This document shows positions 58,984-62,074 of a stretch of 62,074 nucleotides of DNA, piece after piece; within the stretch, counting starts at the first letter, position 1; the number at the start of each line of letters is the position of its first letter. This DNA comes from Flavobacteriales bacterium (GTDB lineage Bacteria > Bacteroidota > Bacteroidia > Flavobacteriales > UJ101), in the NCBI GenBank assembly GCA_047971445.1, contig JBKDZS010000097.1, positions 1-62,074 of the forward strand. Direction: 5' to 3'. Under the pieces are notes generated by a model, which was not told where the DNA came from, ran no database searches, and worked only from the letters and a program-made list of their open reading frames with translations. A program made the translations under genes and the position numbers.

Positions 58984-60216
58984 ATGAAACAAACGATAAC
59001 CAATCGATTTTTAAAATACATAAGTTTTAATACTGAAAGTAAAGCTTTCTCTAAAAATATCCCAAGTACTGAGCAACAATTTGATTTAGCTCACTACTTA
59101 GTAGAAGAACTTACTCAAATTGGATTGTCTGATGTCACAGTTGATGATCATGCTTACGTAATGGCTACTTTACCTTCTAATACAAATCAAAAAGTGCCCA
59201 CTATTGGTTTTGTTGCTCACATGGATACCTCTCCTGACTTTACTGCCAAGAATACCAATCCTCTAATTTGGGAAAATTACGATGGAAATGATCTTATTTT
59301 AAATAAAGACTTGAATATTGTTCTCAAAACAAAAGAGTTTCCTGAAATAAAGCAATATAAAGGACAAACCATTATCACTACTGATGGAACCACTTTATTG
59401 GGTGCCGATGATAAAGCTGGAATTGCTGAAATTGTAACTGCAATGGAGTATTTAATTAATCACCCTGAAATAAAACATGGTAAAATCCGAATCTGTTTTA
59501 CACCAGATGAAGAGGTAGGAAGAGGTGCTGAACTATTTGACATAGAAAAATTTGGTGCACAGTGGGCTTATACATTGGATGGAAGTGAAATTGGGGAATT
59601 AGAATATGAAAATTTTAATGCTGCTTATGCTAAAATCTCTATTAAAGGAAAAATGGTTCATCCCGGCTCCGCAAAAGATAAAATGATTAATGCAGGCACA
59701 CTTGCAAGACGTTTTGCTGATCAATTACCTTTTGATGAAGTCCCCGAACATACTGAAGGATATGAAGGTTTTTTTCATCTCATGCGTATCAATGCCTCTG
59801 TTGAAGAATCTACACTAGAATATATTATCCGAGATCATGACCATGAACAATTTGAAGCTCGAAAAAAACTAGTTCAAGAGATTGGAAATCACCTAAATTA
59901 TGAATTAGGGAAAAACTTAATTCATGTTGATATTCAAGATCAATACTATAATATGCGTGAAAAAATAGAACCTGTAATGCATATTGTAGACATTGCGGAA
60001 GAAGCCATCAAAATGGCTGGAGTATCCCCCATTATAAAAGCTATTCGAGGTGGAACTGATGGATCACAACTATCCTTTAAAGGACTGCCTTGTCCTAATA
60101 TATTTGCAGGCGGACATAATTTTCATGGACGCTTTGAATACGTCCCAGTTGAATCTATGATTAAAGCTACGCAAGTTATCATCAATATAGCCAAAATTAT
60201 ACCGAATAAGATATAA
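58984..60216 (+). CDS. pepT: Peptidase T
   Basis: AHMDT, LLGADDKAG, FTPDEE.G, RGGTDG, NFHG. Confidence 0.96.
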   Translation: MKQTITNRFLKYISFNTESKAFSKNIPSTEQQFDLAHYLVEELTQIGLSDVTVDDHAYVMATLPSNTNQKVPTIGFVAHMDTSPDFTAKNTNPLIWENYDGNDLILNKDLNIVLKTKEFPEIKQYKGQTIITTDGTTLLGADDKAGIAEIVTAMEYLINHPEIKHGKIRICFTPDEEVGRGAELFDIEKFGAQWAYTLDGSEIGELEYENFNAAYAKISIKGKMVHPGSAKDKMINAGTLARRFADQLPFDEVPEHTEGYEGFFHLMRINASVEESTLEYIIRDHDHEQFEARKKLVQEIGNHLNYELGKNLIHVDIQDQYYNMREKIEPVMHIVDIAEEAIKMAGVSPIIKAIRGGTDGSQLSFKGLPCPNIFAGGHNFHGRFEYVPVESMIKATQVIINIAKIIPNKI

Positions 60217-60365
60217 TCTCATAGAAAGCATCATTACAAAAACACATTTTACAATTTATGAAATAAGTTGTTTTTTAAAAGAAGATAACTATTTTGATTT
60301 ACGAAGATTATGGATTTGGAAAATCCTATAGTTCAAAATATGCTAAAATATTATTTTCACTGTAT

Positions 60366-61727
60366 TTAAACAAACTCTTCTATTAACTCTTCTATCGTAA
60401 TCTTTTTTTGAGAACCGTCTCGCATATTTTTTAGCGTTAACGTTTTGTCTTGTATTTCCTCCTCTCCAATCATAACAATATAACCTATCTCTTTTTTATG
60501 TGCATAAGTTAATTGTTTCTTCATTTTTATAGCATCGGGATATAATTCTGTATTAATACCTCTTTCACGAAGTTGTTTAATATATTTTAATGCGTGTAAC
60601 GATTCTTTTTCTCCAAAATTAACAAATAAAACCTGAACACTACCTGCTGATAAATTAGGAAATAAATTTAACTCTTCTAAAACTAAATAAATTCGATCTA
60701 AACCAAATGAAATTCCAACACCTGAAATATTTTTCAATCCAAAAATGGATGTTAAATCATCATAACGACCTCCTCCTCCAATTGAACCCATTTGAATGCC
60801 TTTTACAATTACTTCAAAAATACACCCTGTATAATAATTTAAACCTCGTGCCAAAGTAACTTCTAAATTAAGCTCTGTTTCACCCAAACCTAATTTAGAA
60901 ACTGTATTATACACAAATTCTACATCTTGAATACCCTCCATACCAATAGAAGATGTTTGTAGTAGTTCTTTTAATTTTTCTTTCTTAGTTAAAAAGCTCC
61001 CTTCAAGAAGAAATAATGGTTCTAAAATAGAAATGGCTTTATCTGATATTCCTTTAGAACGCATTTCTTCCTTTACTTTATCCGCTCCTATTTTATCCAA
61101 TTTATCCAAAGCAACTGTAAAATCAATTAATTGACTCTCAATCCCTGCAATCTCCGACAATCCTGCTAAAATTTTACGGTTATTTATTTGAATAGTTGCT
61201 TTCAAACCTAACTTTGAAAAAACAGCATCGTATAACTGGATAAGCTCCACTTCCTGATATAAAGAATTTGAACCTACTACATCTGCATCACATTGATAAA
61301 ATTCTCTAAAGCGTCCTTTTTGAGGGCGATCTGCTCGCCAAACAGGTTGAATTTGATATCGTTTAAAAGGAAATACCAAATCATTTTGATTTTGAACAAC
61401 AAAACGCGCAAACGGAACCGTCAAATCATAACGAAGTGCTTTTTCTGAAATTTTAGAAGTAACTTCATTACTTGATTTTGATGACAACAATCCTTCATCT
61501 ACTTTTTTCAAATAGTCTCCACTATTCAAAATTTTAAAAATTAATCGATCTCCTTCTTCTCCATATTTCCCCATTAAAGTAGAGGCGTTTTCCATAGAAG
61601 GAGTCTCAATGGGAGTAAAACCAAAATGTTTAAATGCACTCTTGATAGTATCCATAATATAGTTTCGCTTTAACATGACAGCTGGAGTAAAATCTCGAGT
61701 TCCTTTAGGAATACTTGGTTTCTGCAT
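60366..61727 (-). CDS. hisS: Histidine-tRNA ligase
   Basis: [44 protein letters not shown]. Confidence 0.98.
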   Translation of the reverse strand: MQKPSIPKGTRDFTPAVMLKRNYIMDTIKSAFKHFGFTPIETPSMENASTLMGKYGEEGDRLIFKILNSGDYLKKVDEGLLSSKSSNEVTSKISEKALRYDLTVPFARFVVQNQNDLVFPFKRYQIQPVWRADRPQKGRFREFYQCDADVVGSNSLYQEVELIQLYDAVFSKLGLKATIQINNRKILAGLSEIAGIESQLIDFTVALDKLDKIGADKVKEEMRSKGISDKAISILEPLFLLEGSFLTKKEKLKELLQTSSIGMEGIQDVEFVYNTVSKLGLGETELNLEVTLARGLNYYTGCIFEVIVKGIQMGSIGGGGRYDDLTSIFGLKNISGVGISFGLDRIYLVLEELNLFPNLSAGSVQVLFVNFGEKESLHALKYIKQLRERGINTELYPDAIKMKKQLTYAHKKEIGYIVMIGEEEIQDKTLTLKNMRDGSQKKITIEELIEEFV

Positions 61728-61847
61728 TTTTATTTAATTTTTTACAAAGATGCTAAAACTACGTTTTATTCTAAAATCTTCTTGCCTTTTTTTTAAAATA
61801 CTGTACCTTTGACTTAAACTCCAAAGTGAGCATCAAAAAATAACATT

Positions 61848-62074
61848 ATGAAAATTGTAATTGCTGGTGCAGGAAACGTAGGCTTTCATTTAGCTAAATT
61901 GCTCTCCCGTGAAGCGCAAGATATTATCATAATTGATGCCGACAAAAAGAAGTTACAACACATTGAATCACATCTTGATGTTATCGCGTTGAAAGGTGAT
62001 GCTACTTCTTTCATTACTTTAAGGGAAGCCAACATTAGTAATGCCGATATTTTTATTGCAGCAACACAAGATCA
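61848..62074 (+). CDS. trkA: Trk potassium uptake NAD-binding subunit (partial, runs off window)
   Basis: Read manually: MKIVIAGAGNVGFHLA...GDAT...ADIFIAAT; TACCTTTG promoter at 61804-61811. Confidence 0.88.
   Translation, partial: MKIVIAGAGNVGFHLAKLLSREAQDIIIIDADKKKLQHIESHLDVIALKGDATSFITLREANISNADIFIAATQD

Overview
AT-rich bacterial chromosomal segment, almost certainly from a Flavobacteriales (Bacteroidota) genome. The evidence is TAnnTTTG promoters, a Bacteroidota-type dcw cluster, and DUF3822, DUF2723, DUF6029 and Omp28 genes. It is mostly housekeeping: RecD-like helicase, rsmD, truA, rnhB, prmA, clpS, six tRNAs, the mraZ-to-ftsZ dcw cluster, engB, a SurA/PPIase trio, pepT, hisS and partial trkA. 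I found no mobile element or CRISPR array. Two accessory systems stand out. (1) A ~13 kb divergent respiratory block (39.1-52.5 kb): a molybdenum-cofactor operon, and a periplasmic nitrate reductase operon lacking napC and napGH. The nap operon instead encodes a tandem-duplicated tetraheme NapB, a tetraheme lipoprotein, an NrfC-like Fe-S protein with a Cys-to-Tyr ligand change and an NrfD-family membrane protein. The shared intergenic region holds a ModE-type operator and two FNR-like boxes. moaA has no canonical start upstream of its radical-SAM motif. (2) An Omp28-like / TlpA / DUF6029 trio in which every member carries a cysteine pair, suggesting a thiol-redox relay across the outer membrane. 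Family assignments come from motif recognition only; no searches were run.
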